This document shows, one piece after another, positions 19,818 through 28,382 of a stretch of DNA of 33,335 nucleotides. This DNA is from Bacteroidetes bacterium GWA2_31_9 (GTDB taxonomy: Bacteria; Bacteroidota; Bacteroidia; Bacteroidales; GWF2-33-38): positions 13,311-46,645 of the forward strand of contig MEND01000230.1 of assembly GCA_001768975.1 (NCBI GenBank). Reading direction: 5' to 3'. Position 1 is the stretch's first letter; every line of letters begins with the position of its first letter. The notes below the pieces were generated by a model that was not told the origin of the DNA, ran no database searches, and saw only the letters and a program-made list of their open reading frames with translations. The translations under genes were made by a program, and so were the position numbers.

Positions 19818-19966
19818 AAGGATTTTTTTCACATGACAATAACTTTAATGTAAGTTATTAGCAATTTTTGAAATTTAGCGTAAATTAACATATCGCATTA
19901 AGTAGTTTAAAAACAATGCATTGGAATTGTTTTAATTAATTGTGAGAAAAAATAATTTAAAGCACG

Positions 19967-19994
19967 GAAACTTTTAGAGCAAGTCGATTGTCTA
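19967..19994 (+). promoter_or_regulatory. Putative ECF-sigma promoter GAAACTT-N16-GTCTA
   Basis: Resembles the sigmaE-type GGAACTT-N16-GTC consensus; 19 nt upstream of the WecA-like ATG. Confidence 0.5.
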
Positions 19995-20013
19995 GTATTT
20001 AAAAAAGGGAAAA

Positions 20014-21039
20014 ATGGACGCTTTAAGCAACATATCACAAATAAGTTTTACGCAAATCATATTGCCTTTTTTGGTTGCACTAACTTCTACATTAGTAATA
20101 TTGCCTTATGTAATAAAAGTTGCCAGAGATAAAAAATTATTTGATATACCAAACGAAAGAAAAATTCATACTGCATTAATTCCACGTTTTGGAGGTTTTG
20201 CAATATTCTTTGGATTAATTGTCTCTGTATTAATGTTTATGGATTCATTTGGAAGCTTTAGCTTCTTTTATTTATTTACCGCAATCATAATATTATTTTC
20301 AATAGGAATAATAGATGATGTTAAAGGAATGAGAGCAATGGACAAATTTTATGTTCAAATTTTAGCCGCTTTCATTGTAGCCTATGGAGGATTTCGTTTA
20401 GAATCATTATATGGATTATTTGGCATATATGAATTACCTATTGGAGTTCAGTATATTCTTACAACTTTAATAATTGTTGGTGTTACTAATGCCTATAATT
20501 TAATTGACGGAATTGATGGATTAGCCGGAGGAATTGGACTAATAAACTTTGTAGTACTAGGAATGATATTTTTACATCTTAATAACTTATCATTTGCTAT
20601 CATATCATTCGTTTTTGCTGGGTCAATTCTTGGCTTTCTTACTTTCAATTTTCAACCTGCAAAAATATTCATGGGCGATGCAGGATCGTTAATAGTTGGT
20701 TTTTCGATGATTTCAATAGGCATATATGCTATTAATAACAATGAGATTGTAAGCAATATGCGATATGTTACAAACATCAATATTATCATTGGGAGTATTG
20801 TGTTTTTACCAGTAATAGATACTTTAAGAGTTTTCTTTTTACGTTTAATTCACAAAAAATCACCATTTACACCAGATAAAAATCATATTCATCATATATT
20901 ACTAAATCAAGGATTAAATCACAGAAATAGCTCATTGATGCTATATGCTGCAAATATATTAATCATAATAATGGGCTTTATTTTAAAAGATATATCAATT
21001 GACAAAAGCTTTGTTAATCTATTTTATTTATCACACTAA
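20014..21039 (+). CDS. Undecaprenyl-phosphate GlcNAc-1-phosphate transferase, WecA/TagO/MraY family
   Basis: RKIH...PRFGG, GIIDD, NAYNLIDGIDGLAG, IFMGDAGS, DKNHIHH; polytopic membrane protein. Confidence 0.9.
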   Translation: MDALSNISQISFTQIILPFLVALTSTLVILPYVIKVARDKKLFDIPNERKIHTALIPRFGGFAIFFGLIVSVLMFMDSFGSFSFFYLFTAIIILFSIGIIDDVKGMRAMDKFYVQILAAFIVAYGGFRLESLYGLFGIYELPIGVQYILTTLIIVGVTNAYNLIDGIDGLAGGIGLINFVVLGMIFLHLNNLSFAIISFVFAGSILGFLTFNFQPAKIFMGDAGSLIVGFSMISIGIYAINNNEIVSNMRYVTNINIIIGSIVFLPVIDTLRVFFLRLIHKKSPFTPDKNHIHHILLNQGLNHRNSSLMLYAANILIIIMGFILKDISIDKSFVNLFYLSH

Positions 21040-21050
21040 AAATTAAAATT

Positions 21051-21488
21051 ATGGGACAGCAAGATATTATAAGTATGATAGTCAATAATGATGTTAAAGC
21101 ATTACAAGTGTTTTTTAGTGATGTTGCCGGAAACGAAAAGCAAGTATCATTAGAAACAAATGATATTGACAACTTAATGAACAACAATGTTTGGGTTGAC
21201 GCATCAGATGTTACAGGATTACTTAATATTTGTGAAGACGAATATCTTTTAAAGCCTGACTTAAAGTCGTTCAGATTAGAAAGTATAAATGGAAATGGAA
21301 AGAAAAAAGCTATTTTCAGATGTACTGTTTTTGAGCAAAATGGTTCATTACATGAATTAAATATAGAATCAACTTATGTTGATTTATGCAAAATTGCAAA
21401 AAATACAGGCATTAATGAAATTGATTTCTTTAATGTTAATTTCAGCAATAACATGGTTACTCCAATTATAAAAAAAATAAATAATTAA
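21051..21488 (+). CDS. Stand-alone protein resembling the glutamine synthetase N-terminal beta-grasp domain
   Basis: NDVKALQVFFSDVAG, VDASDVTG, LLKPDLKSF and AIFRCTVFEQNG parallel the GlnA pattern V.F.FTD..G / FDGSSI.G / L.PD..TF / A..ICDV....G; no catalytic domain follows. Confidence 0.65.
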   Translation: MGQQDIISMIVNNDVKALQVFFSDVAGNEKQVSLETNDIDNLMNNNVWVDASDVTGLLNICEDEYLLKPDLKSFRLESINGNGKKKAIFRCTVFEQNGSLHELNIESTYVDLCKIAKNTGINEIDFFNVNFSNNMVTPIIKKINN

Positions 21489-21492
21489 GATT

Positions 21493-21633
21493 ATGATAAC
21501 GTTAATGGCGAATGTAGATTTTTTTGTTTTAGTAGTAATTACACTATTAGGAAGCTTAATAACTATTAAGACTACAATTAAAATAATAGGCTATTTATTA
21601 AGCAAGTTTTCTAGAAAAAGTCAGAAGATTTGA
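21493..21633 (+). CDS. Small 46-aa putative membrane protein (not in the ORF track)
   Basis: MITLMANVDFFVLVVITLLGSLITIKTTIKIIGYLLSKFSRKSQKI; starts 4 nt after the upstream stop; hydrophobic segment and basic tail. Confidence 0.5.
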   Translation: MITLMANVDFFVLVVITLLGSLITIKTTIKIIGYLLSKFSRKSQKI

Positions 21634-21736
21634 AATTCATAGCTAAGGTTCTTTAAAATATTGTGATTTGTTGTTATTTGATTAATATAGTTAATAAAAT
21701 GAATAACTATAATCAATAAATTTAATTTAATTTTAT

Positions 21737-21744
21737 TAATTTTG
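21737..21744 (+). promoter_or_regulatory. Putative -7 promoter motif TAATTTTG for the ECF sigma operon
   Basis: TAnnTTTG match 27 nt upstream of the ATG. Confidence 0.5.
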
Positions 21745-21771
21745 ATAGTAGAATAACCCAAATTAATAATA

Positions 21772-22332
21772 ATGCATCAAGCAGAAGAAACAGAATTAGT
21801 TAATAGGTGTCTGAAAAATGATGTAGAAGCTCAAAATAAGCTTTATAAAACTTATGCAAGAAAGATGTATGCTGTAAGCTGGAGGTTTGCAAGAGTAGGA
21901 GCAGAAGCAGATGATATTCTTCAAGAAGGTTTTATAAAAGTTTTTACAAAGCTAAATACATATAGACACGAAGGTTCTTTAGAAGGTTGGATTAGAAGAA
22001 TAATTGTTAATACCGCTTTAACTTATATAAAAAAGCATGGCGAGTATAAACAAGAGATTGACATTGAGAATATTGGCAATTGCGATATTGTAGAAGATGA
22101 AGCAATTGCAAATTTATCAAAAGAAGACATTTTGAAGTTAGTTCAGGAATTACCTGATGGAAAAAGAATGGTGTTTAACCTTTATGTTTATGAAGGATAT
22201 AGCCATAAAGAAATTGGCGAAATGTTGAATATAAATGAAGGAACTTCTAAAGGGCAGCTGTCAAAAGCAAAACAAATATTAAAAGAAAAATTGGAAAAAA
22301 TTAATATAAAGCTTTATGAAAGAGTATATTAG
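21772..22332 (+). CDS. ECF RNA polymerase sigma factor
   Basis: Region 2 ADDILQEGFIKVF...GSLEGWIRRI..N; region 4 LP...RMVFNLY..EGYSHKEI...L.I.EGTSK. Confidence 0.95.
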   Translation: MHQAEETELVNRCLKNDVEAQNKLYKTYARKMYAVSWRFARVGAEADDILQEGFIKVFTKLNTYRHEGSLEGWIRRIIVNTALTYIKKHGEYKQEIDIENIGNCDIVEDEAIANLSKEDILKLVQELPDGKRMVFNLYVYEGYSHKEIGEMLNINEGTSKGQLSKAKQILKEKLEKINIKLYERVY

Positions 22333-23041
22333 AAAAGATGTTGGGGATTATTTTTTCGATCGTACAAACGATTTCGAAATGTCTCCTCCTGAGCATATTT
22401 GGGAAAATATTCGTAAGGAAATTACTATACCTCAAGCCACTGTTAAACCACATTTTATTAGGTTTTGGCAATACTATACTATTTCTGCTATAGTTGGAAT
22501 AATTGCTATTTCAGCTTATTATTATTCAAATAATAGTAATAATTCTAATGTTATTGCTGAAAATATTGCTGTTACTACTCAAGAAACTACTGTTAATAAT
22601 ATTTTAAACGAATCATCTTCAAATACAATAGTCGAAGCTGAGAATAAAGAAGAAGTGCCAGAAATTAAATCAGAGATTGTTAAAGTTAAAAATGAAGATG
22701 CAGTTATTAAAAACGATTATATTGCACCAGTTGAGAAAGTTGTATCAAATAATTCAAATACAGAAAAAGCAAATGTTGCTTTAAATACTAAAGTAAGTGA
22801 AACTCAACCTTCAGTTATTAAAAGTGTTAAAAAATATAATATAAGTGCATCTGCTTTTGAAAATGTTAAGCAAATATTATTTGTAAATAATTTAGGCGAA
22901 AAAAGCATTATCGTAAATAATCCTAACCCAAATAAATTTGGCTTTTTTGAGGTTGATGTTACTAAATTAGTATCAGGTAGATATGAGATTAGAGTTGTTA
23001 CAGATAAAGAAGAAATTAAGCATAAAATAGAAAACTTTTAG
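22316..23041 (+). CDS. Putative membrane-anchored anti-sigma factor with C-terminal CTD-like domain
   Basis: Overlaps the sigma stop by 17 nt; N-terminal F....FEM.PP..IWENI; one TM helix; low-complexity linker; beta-rich C-terminus. Confidence 0.7.
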   Translation: MKEYIRKDVGDYFFDRTNDFEMSPPEHIWENIRKEITIPQATVKPHFIRFWQYYTISAIVGIIAISAYYYSNNSNNSNVIAENIAVTTQETTVNNILNESSSNTIVEAENKEEVPEIKSEIVKVKNEDAVIKNDYIAPVEKVVSNNSNTEKANVALNTKVSETQPSVIKSVKKYNISASAFENVKQILFVNNLGEKSIIVNNPNPNKFGFFEVDVTKLVSGRYEIRVVTDKEEIKHKIENF

Positions 23042-23046
23042 AATTT

Positions 23047-24132
23047 CTATATTTTAAGTTTACATATTTTAACTTCATCAAAATATTCCTCTTCATTTTT
23101 ATTTGAAACTGTACGTCTGAATTTTATGTTCTTAACCAAAAGAGAAATATAATAAGAAGACTCTATATCATTTGCTTCTGATTCAGTTACTTTTAAATAA
23201 ACTTTACCTTCAATTGGATTAAAAAAATTATTATCAGAATTAATTTCTTTTAAATAATTTTCACACTGTTCAGAGTTAATATTATTTGCTTCTATCAAAT
23301 AAACATTAATAATTTTATTTGGAAAGCTATCAATGCTAAATGTCGCTATAATATCTTTATAATCAGCAATATCGTGATGTAGCTTGATGAAAATAAATTT
23401 ATTTGCACTGATTTGCTGATAAACGCAAAGTTCGTTACAATAACCTCTTATAATTTCTGAATTTTGTGTAAAATCAGTACAATAATCTTTTGATAAATTT
23501 TCTTTGATTTCTGTTATTGCATTTTCAGAATTTGCCTCATTAACAGTATCTTTATCTTTCTTTTTCTTTTTCTTTATGAATGATTGTAATTGATAAAGAT
23601 TAATTCCAAAACCAACGTTTGCCGAAAGATGAAAATTTGAATCATAGTAAGGATGTTTACTTTTATCAAGTATTGCAAAACCTGGGTCAATTGTAAAGCT
23701 GAATCCAAAATGTAATAAATTTTCGGAAATTTCAACACCTGCTTTTAAAGCACTACCATAAACAAAGGGAGAGTATGGTTCAAAGCCAATTTTTTCGTTA
23801 TAATAATTATTTAACCATCCTAAATGAATTCCTAAAAATGGCTTAAACGAACTTCTTATATCAAAAAAATAATAGTTTGTTCCAAATCCAAAGTTATAGC
23901 TTTCATTAATTTGTAAACCATTTGTGGTAGTGTAGTGTGGACTGTAGCCTATACATAAATAATTTGCTAAATGATTTTTTCGATATTCGGCATTAATTCC
24001 ATATCCACTATATGCAGTACCTCTTCCACCCTTTATTACAAATAATTTATCGAAATAATTAGCCCCCTGACTAAAGCAAAAATTAGCAATTAATACTAAA
24101 ATTATTATATGTATGAAATACTTAAAGTGCAT
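23047..24132 (-). CDS. Hypothetical exported protein: beta-barrel-like N-half, Lys-rich linker, C-terminal domain
   Basis: Signal peptide; amphipathic strands up to ANVGFGINLY; KKKKKKDKD linker. Confidence 0.55.
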   Translation of the reverse strand: MHFKYFIHIIILVLIANFCFSQGANYFDKLFVIKGGRGTAYSGYGINAEYRKNHLANYLCIGYSPHYTTTNGLQINESYNFGFGTNYYFFDIRSSFKPFLGIHLGWLNNYYNEKIGFEPYSPFVYGSALKAGVEISENLLHFGFSFTIDPGFAILDKSKHPYYDSNFHLSANVGFGINLYQLQSFIKKKKKKDKDTVNEANSENAITEIKENLSKDYCTDFTQNSEIIRGYCNELCVYQQISANKFIFIKLHHDIADYKDIIATFSIDSFPNKIINVYLIEANNINSEQCENYLKEINSDNNFFNPIEGKVYLKVTESEANDIESSYYISLLVKNIKFRRTVSNKNEEEYFDEVKICKLKI

Positions 24133-24148
24133 TAATTCAAATATTTCA

Positions 24149-24156
24149 CAAACCTA
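24149..24156 (-). promoter_or_regulatory. Putative -7 promoter motif TAGGTTTG
   Basis: TAnnTTTG match 16 nt upstream of the 24132 start. Confidence 0.5.
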
Positions 24157-24235
24157 ACAGAAAAATTACATATTTAAAAGTTTTTTATATCATACTTATA
24201 ATTTGTTAATTTGCAACAAATTCAATCCTTAATAT

Positions 24236-26011
24236 ATGAATGAAACTTATTTAATTCAACAAGTAATAAAGGCAATTAAAGGCTTATATCAGCATGATAT
24301 TCTCGAAAAGAATGTTCAAATTTCAAAAACCCGAAAGGAATTTTCTGGAGATTACACTCTTGTTGTATTTCCATTATTATCAATTAGTAAGAAAAGTCCA
24401 GAATCGACAGCGAATGATATTGGTGAGTATTTAAAAAATAATTATTCTGCACTAGAATCATTTAATATTGTAAAAGGCTTTTTGAATTTATCACTTAAAT
24501 CTGAATTTTGGATTGAAAAATTAAAATTATTTAATTCATTAAATGATAATTTAAGTTCGGCCAATAATAAAGTATTAATTGAATTTTCTTCTCCAAATAC
24601 TAATAAACCTCTGCATTTAGGACATATTAGAAATAATTTGATTGGGCATTCAGTTTCAGAAATATTAAAAAAAGCTGGAAATGAAGTAGTTCGTGTTAAC
24701 TTAATAAACGATAGAGGCATTCATATTTGTAAGTCGATGTTGGCATGGCAAAAATGGGGAAATGGAGAAACGCCTGCAAGTTCAAGCTTAAAAGGCGACC
24801 ATTTAATTGGGAAATATTACGTTTTATTTGATGTTGAATTAAAAAATGAAATTGCCGATTTAGTTTCTAAAGGAAATTCTGATGAATTTGCAAAAAACAA
24901 TACCTCATTGATGAAAGAAGCTCAAGAAATGCTTCAAAAATGGGAGAGGGGCGATATTGAAATTATTAGCCTTTGGAAAAAAATGAATTCATGGGTTTAC
25001 GAAGGCTTCGAACAGACTTATAATGCTTTAGGAATATCATTTGATAAAATATATTATGAATCTGAAACATATTTACTCGGAAAAAATATTGTTGCTGAAG
25101 GTTTAAAAAAAGGAATAGTCGAAAAGAAAACAGATAATTCAATTTGGGTAAATCTAACAGATGATGGATTAGACGAAAAACTACTTTTACGTGCCGATGG
25201 AACATCGGTTTATATTACTCAGGATTTGGGCACTGCAATTATGAGATACAATGAATATAAACCCAATAAAATGATTTATGTCGTTGGAAATGAGCAAAAT
25301 TATCATTTTCAGGTTTTAAAGCTAGTTTTAAAGAAACTTGGAAATGAATTTTCAGATTCTATTCAGCATTTATCGTATGGAATGGTCGAATTGCCCGATG
25401 GAAAAATGAAATCTCGTGAAGGAACTGTTGTTGATGCTGATAACTTAATTGATGAAATGATTGATACAGCACGACAGATTTCTGTAGAATTAGGCAAACT
25501 TGATGGCTTTTCAGATGATGAGAAAAATCAAATTTACAAAGCAATAGGCTTATCAGCTTTAAAATACTACATTTTAAAAGTTGACCCTAAGAAAAATATG
25601 ACTTTCAATCCGAAAGAATCTATTGATTTTAATGGCAATACCGGTCCTTTCATTCAATATACTTATGTGAGGATTAACTCTATTTTAAGAAAAGCTAACG
25701 ATTCAAATATTGAATATAAAAAAGTTGACAACAATTACGATTTAAATGAAAAGGAATTAGAATTAATAAAGTTATTAAATCAATATCAGTTAGTTATAAA
25801 CGAAGCTGCATCAAGTTTAAGTCCTGCAATTATTGCAAATTATACTTATGAATTAGCTAAAGAATTCAATCAGTTTTATCACGATTTTTCGATTTTAAAT
25901 GCAGAAAATGAAACAATAGTAAAATTCAGACTTTTACTAATATCTTTTTATAAAAATGTTTTAAAAGATGCAATGAGTTTGCTTGGAATTGAGATGCCTG
26001 AAAGGATGTAA
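24236..26011 (+). CDS. argS: Arginine--tRNA ligase
   Basis: EFSSPNTNKPLHLGH (HIGH), KMKSREG, GNTGPFIQY, NQFYH, ends LLGI.MPERM. Confidence 0.97.
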   Translation: MNETYLIQQVIKAIKGLYQHDILEKNVQISKTRKEFSGDYTLVVFPLLSISKKSPESTANDIGEYLKNNYSALESFNIVKGFLNLSLKSEFWIEKLKLFNSLNDNLSSANNKVLIEFSSPNTNKPLHLGHIRNNLIGHSVSEILKKAGNEVVRVNLINDRGIHICKSMLAWQKWGNGETPASSSLKGDHLIGKYYVLFDVELKNEIADLVSKGNSDEFAKNNTSLMKEAQEMLQKWERGDIEIISLWKKMNSWVYEGFEQTYNALGISFDKIYYESETYLLGKNIVAEGLKKGIVEKKTDNSIWVNLTDDGLDEKLLLRADGTSVYITQDLGTAIMRYNEYKPNKMIYVVGNEQNYHFQVLKLVLKKLGNEFSDSIQHLSYGMVELPDGKMKSREGTVVDADNLIDEMIDTARQISVELGKLDGFSDDEKNQIYKAIGLSALKYYILKVDPKKNMTFNPKESIDFNGNTGPFIQYTYVRINSILRKANDSNIEYKKVDNNYDLNEKELELIKLLNQYQLVINEAASSLSPAIIANYTYELAKEFNQFYHDFSILNAENETIVKFRLLLISFYKNVLKDAMSLLGIEMPERM

Positions 26012-26035
26012 CTCTAAGAAAACAGTGTGTTTTTA

Positions 26036-26195
26036 GAAATCCCACATTTTAACCGAGCTTGCGAGCTCAACGAAGTTAAACTTCAAAAATCAAATAAATC
26101 TCAAATTACATTTCGACAAGCTCAATGTATCGCAATAGCGTAATATACAAACTGTTTTGAGGATTGGAATTTGTTTGACATTTGTTTTATCGCTC
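26036..26195. repeat. Mosaic REP-like intergenic element between convergent genes
   Basis: Contains GAGCTTGCGAGCTC palindrome, TACATTTCGACAAGCTCAATGTA hairpin, and flanking CAAAT/ATTTG-rich arms. Confidence 0.45.
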
Positions 26196-26210
26196 AAACA
26201 GCTTGCAAAT

Positions 26211-28283
26211 TTATTTTGAAGTTATCACAAATTCTGTTCTACGATTCAAGGCACGGTGTGCATCGGAATCGTTTTTTGCAACTGGTTTTGTTTCGCCTAA
26301 ACCTTTGTAGCTTATTCTCGAAGGATCAATATCCATTAAAACCAAATAATTGTAAACGGACTTTGCTCTTTCGGTAGATAATATCATATTTTGTGCATCA
26401 TCGCCAACATCATCGGTATGTCCTTGAATTATAAACTTAATTGTCTGGTTTTCTTCCAAAAACTCTATAAAATTATCAAGCACAACAATACTTTCTGGTT
26501 TAAGGTTTGCAGAGTTAGTTTCAAAGTAAATGTTATTCAATTTAATCGTTGTACCAACTTCAATCTTTTTTACTTCAAAATTCAGTTTGGCTGGGATATC
26601 AATTCGCACTTCCATAGGCTTAATATCGGCAACAACATCAAGATGTGTCTGAGTTTTTGATACAATTGGTTTGATATACTGCGAAGCAAATGCATAACCG
26701 TCCTTTTTTACAGTAACAACAACATCTTCATCTTTTTTAACTGCAACAGCAAGAGCATATTCTCCTGTATTTTTATCGACTATTCCTTCGGTAACTTTTG
26801 CAGTTTTGATATTTTTTACAACAATTTTGGCATCGGTTAGGGCATCCCCTTTGTCGTTAACGAGTTGACCTTTCAGAAAAACTACATTTTCGGGACGAGC
26901 TTTTTCGTACAAATCAAATGAGTAAATGTCCCATCCTCCTTTTCCTGATAATTTATTCGACGAAAAGTAAGCCTCATGTCCATCGGTACTTACAACAAAT
27001 CCCAAATCATCATCTTCTGTGTTTATAGGGAATCCAATATTTTCGGGCTCGCTCCACTTCCCAAAATCGTCCATTTTTGAAAAATAAATATCGTAACCAC
27101 CAAGTCCAAAAAGACCATCAGAAGAGAAATACAAAGTTTGACTATCTGTATGAATATAAGGCGATTTATCATTTCCAGCTGAATTAATTACATTCCCAAG
27201 ATTTTCAGCTTTCGCCCAATTTCCTAAGTTATCTTTTAAAGTTCGGTAAATATCAATACCTCCCAATCCTCCTTCTCTTGCACTTGCAAAATACAAAACT
27301 TTGCCATCGGGCGAAATCGACGGTTGCCCCTCCCATGTTGACGTTCCGTTAATATTTGTACCCATATTTATTGGAACAGTCCATTTGCCATCTTCATAAT
27401 TTGATGAATATAAATCGCAGTTTTTGTATGGTTGACCTCCAACTCTAGTAAACTCACACATAGAGATGTACAGATTTTTATTGTCAATTGTTATAGTAAC
27501 TCCTCCTTGGTCTTTCCCTGCATTAAAAGGCGAAGGCATTGCCATGCCATCATCAAAAATGGTTATTTCGGTTCCGGGCAGACTTAATAATTTGCTAAAA
27601 GAAAACTCATCAACATCGCAGGCTGCAATACTGTTCATATCTTGTTTCAAATACCTTCGTGTATAAAACGCCATTTCTCCATCAGGCGATATTAAAGGCA
27701 AAAACTCATCTTTACCTGACGAAACACCTTCCAACGTTTTTGGCTTAAAAGGAACAGGATGACTTAATAAAAATTTATATTTTTCGATGTTTTTAATGTA
27801 TTCTTTTGACTCAGCAATTTCAACACTATTTTTATTGTTTCGGGCAACAAACTCTTTTAAATTAGTAAGTGCTAACTCATTTTTATGGTTTGTATAATAA
27901 TATTTACCCAAATAATAATATGAAATATAGTCGTAAAATGCTGGACAATACTCAATAACTTTTCCATAATATTCGACTAGCTTATTTGTGGTTCTTTCAA
28001 TTTTCCTTAGTTCATTAATATTTGCAGGAATTTTATCAAGTTTATCGAAACTAATTCCACCTAAAGTGAAATATGCATCAACAAATTCAGGTTCTACCTT
28101 TGTAGCCTCAATAAGTATCTGGATTGCCTCTTCCTCATTTGACTTTAATTTAGCAATTGCCTCATCGTATAATCGTAAAGCCTTTTTGTTTTTTATGGTT
28201 TTGCAATCGTCGCCACCATTAGTTGCAAATGAACTTACAGTAAGAATGGATAATATGTTTAATATTAAAATTAACTTTTTCAA
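26211..28283 (-). CDS. OmpA-family protein with TPR, PD40 beta-propeller, CRD-like and OmpA domains (PorE-like)
   Basis: PD40 repeats (PSISPDGKVLYFAS, GGYDIY, GGWDIY); C-terminal NIYFE, GHTD.VG, N..LS..RA, NRRTEF; TTG start. Confidence 0.9.
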   Translation of the reverse strand: MKKLILILNILSILTVSSFATNGGDDCKTIKNKKALRLYDEAIAKLKSNEEEAIQILIEATKVEPEFVDAYFTLGGISFDKLDKIPANINELRKIERTTNKLVEYYGKVIEYCPAFYDYISYYYLGKYYYTNHKNELALTNLKEFVARNNKNSVEIAESKEYIKNIEKYKFLLSHPVPFKPKTLEGVSSGKDEFLPLISPDGEMAFYTRRYLKQDMNSIAACDVDEFSFSKLLSLPGTEITIFDDGMAMPSPFNAGKDQGGVTITIDNKNLYISMCEFTRVGGQPYKNCDLYSSNYEDGKWTVPINMGTNINGTSTWEGQPSISPDGKVLYFASAREGGLGGIDIYRTLKDNLGNWAKAENLGNVINSAGNDKSPYIHTDSQTLYFSSDGLFGLGGYDIYFSKMDDFGKWSEPENIGFPINTEDDDLGFVVSTDGHEAYFSSNKLSGKGGWDIYSFDLYEKARPENVVFLKGQLVNDKGDALTDAKIVVKNIKTAKVTEGIVDKNTGEYALAVAVKKDEDVVVTVKKDGYAFASQYIKPIVSKTQTHLDVVADIKPMEVRIDIPAKLNFEVKKIEVGTTIKLNNIYFETNSANLKPESIVVLDNFIEFLEENQTIKFIIQGHTDDVGDDAQNMILSTERAKSVYNYLVLMDIDPSRISYKGLGETKPVAKNDSDAHRALNRRTEFVITSK

Positions 28284-28382
28284 ATCACACCAACGATTAT
28301 TGAAAACCAGTAAATATTATTAGCTAACTTTCTTAATTTAAATTACTTAATTTTCAAATTTTCAAATCTCCAAATAACTTAA

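Noticed and set aside
28349-28375. AATTTTCA-like 8-mer tandem
   Set aside because: About three degenerate copies; may be a repeat remnant but too short to support
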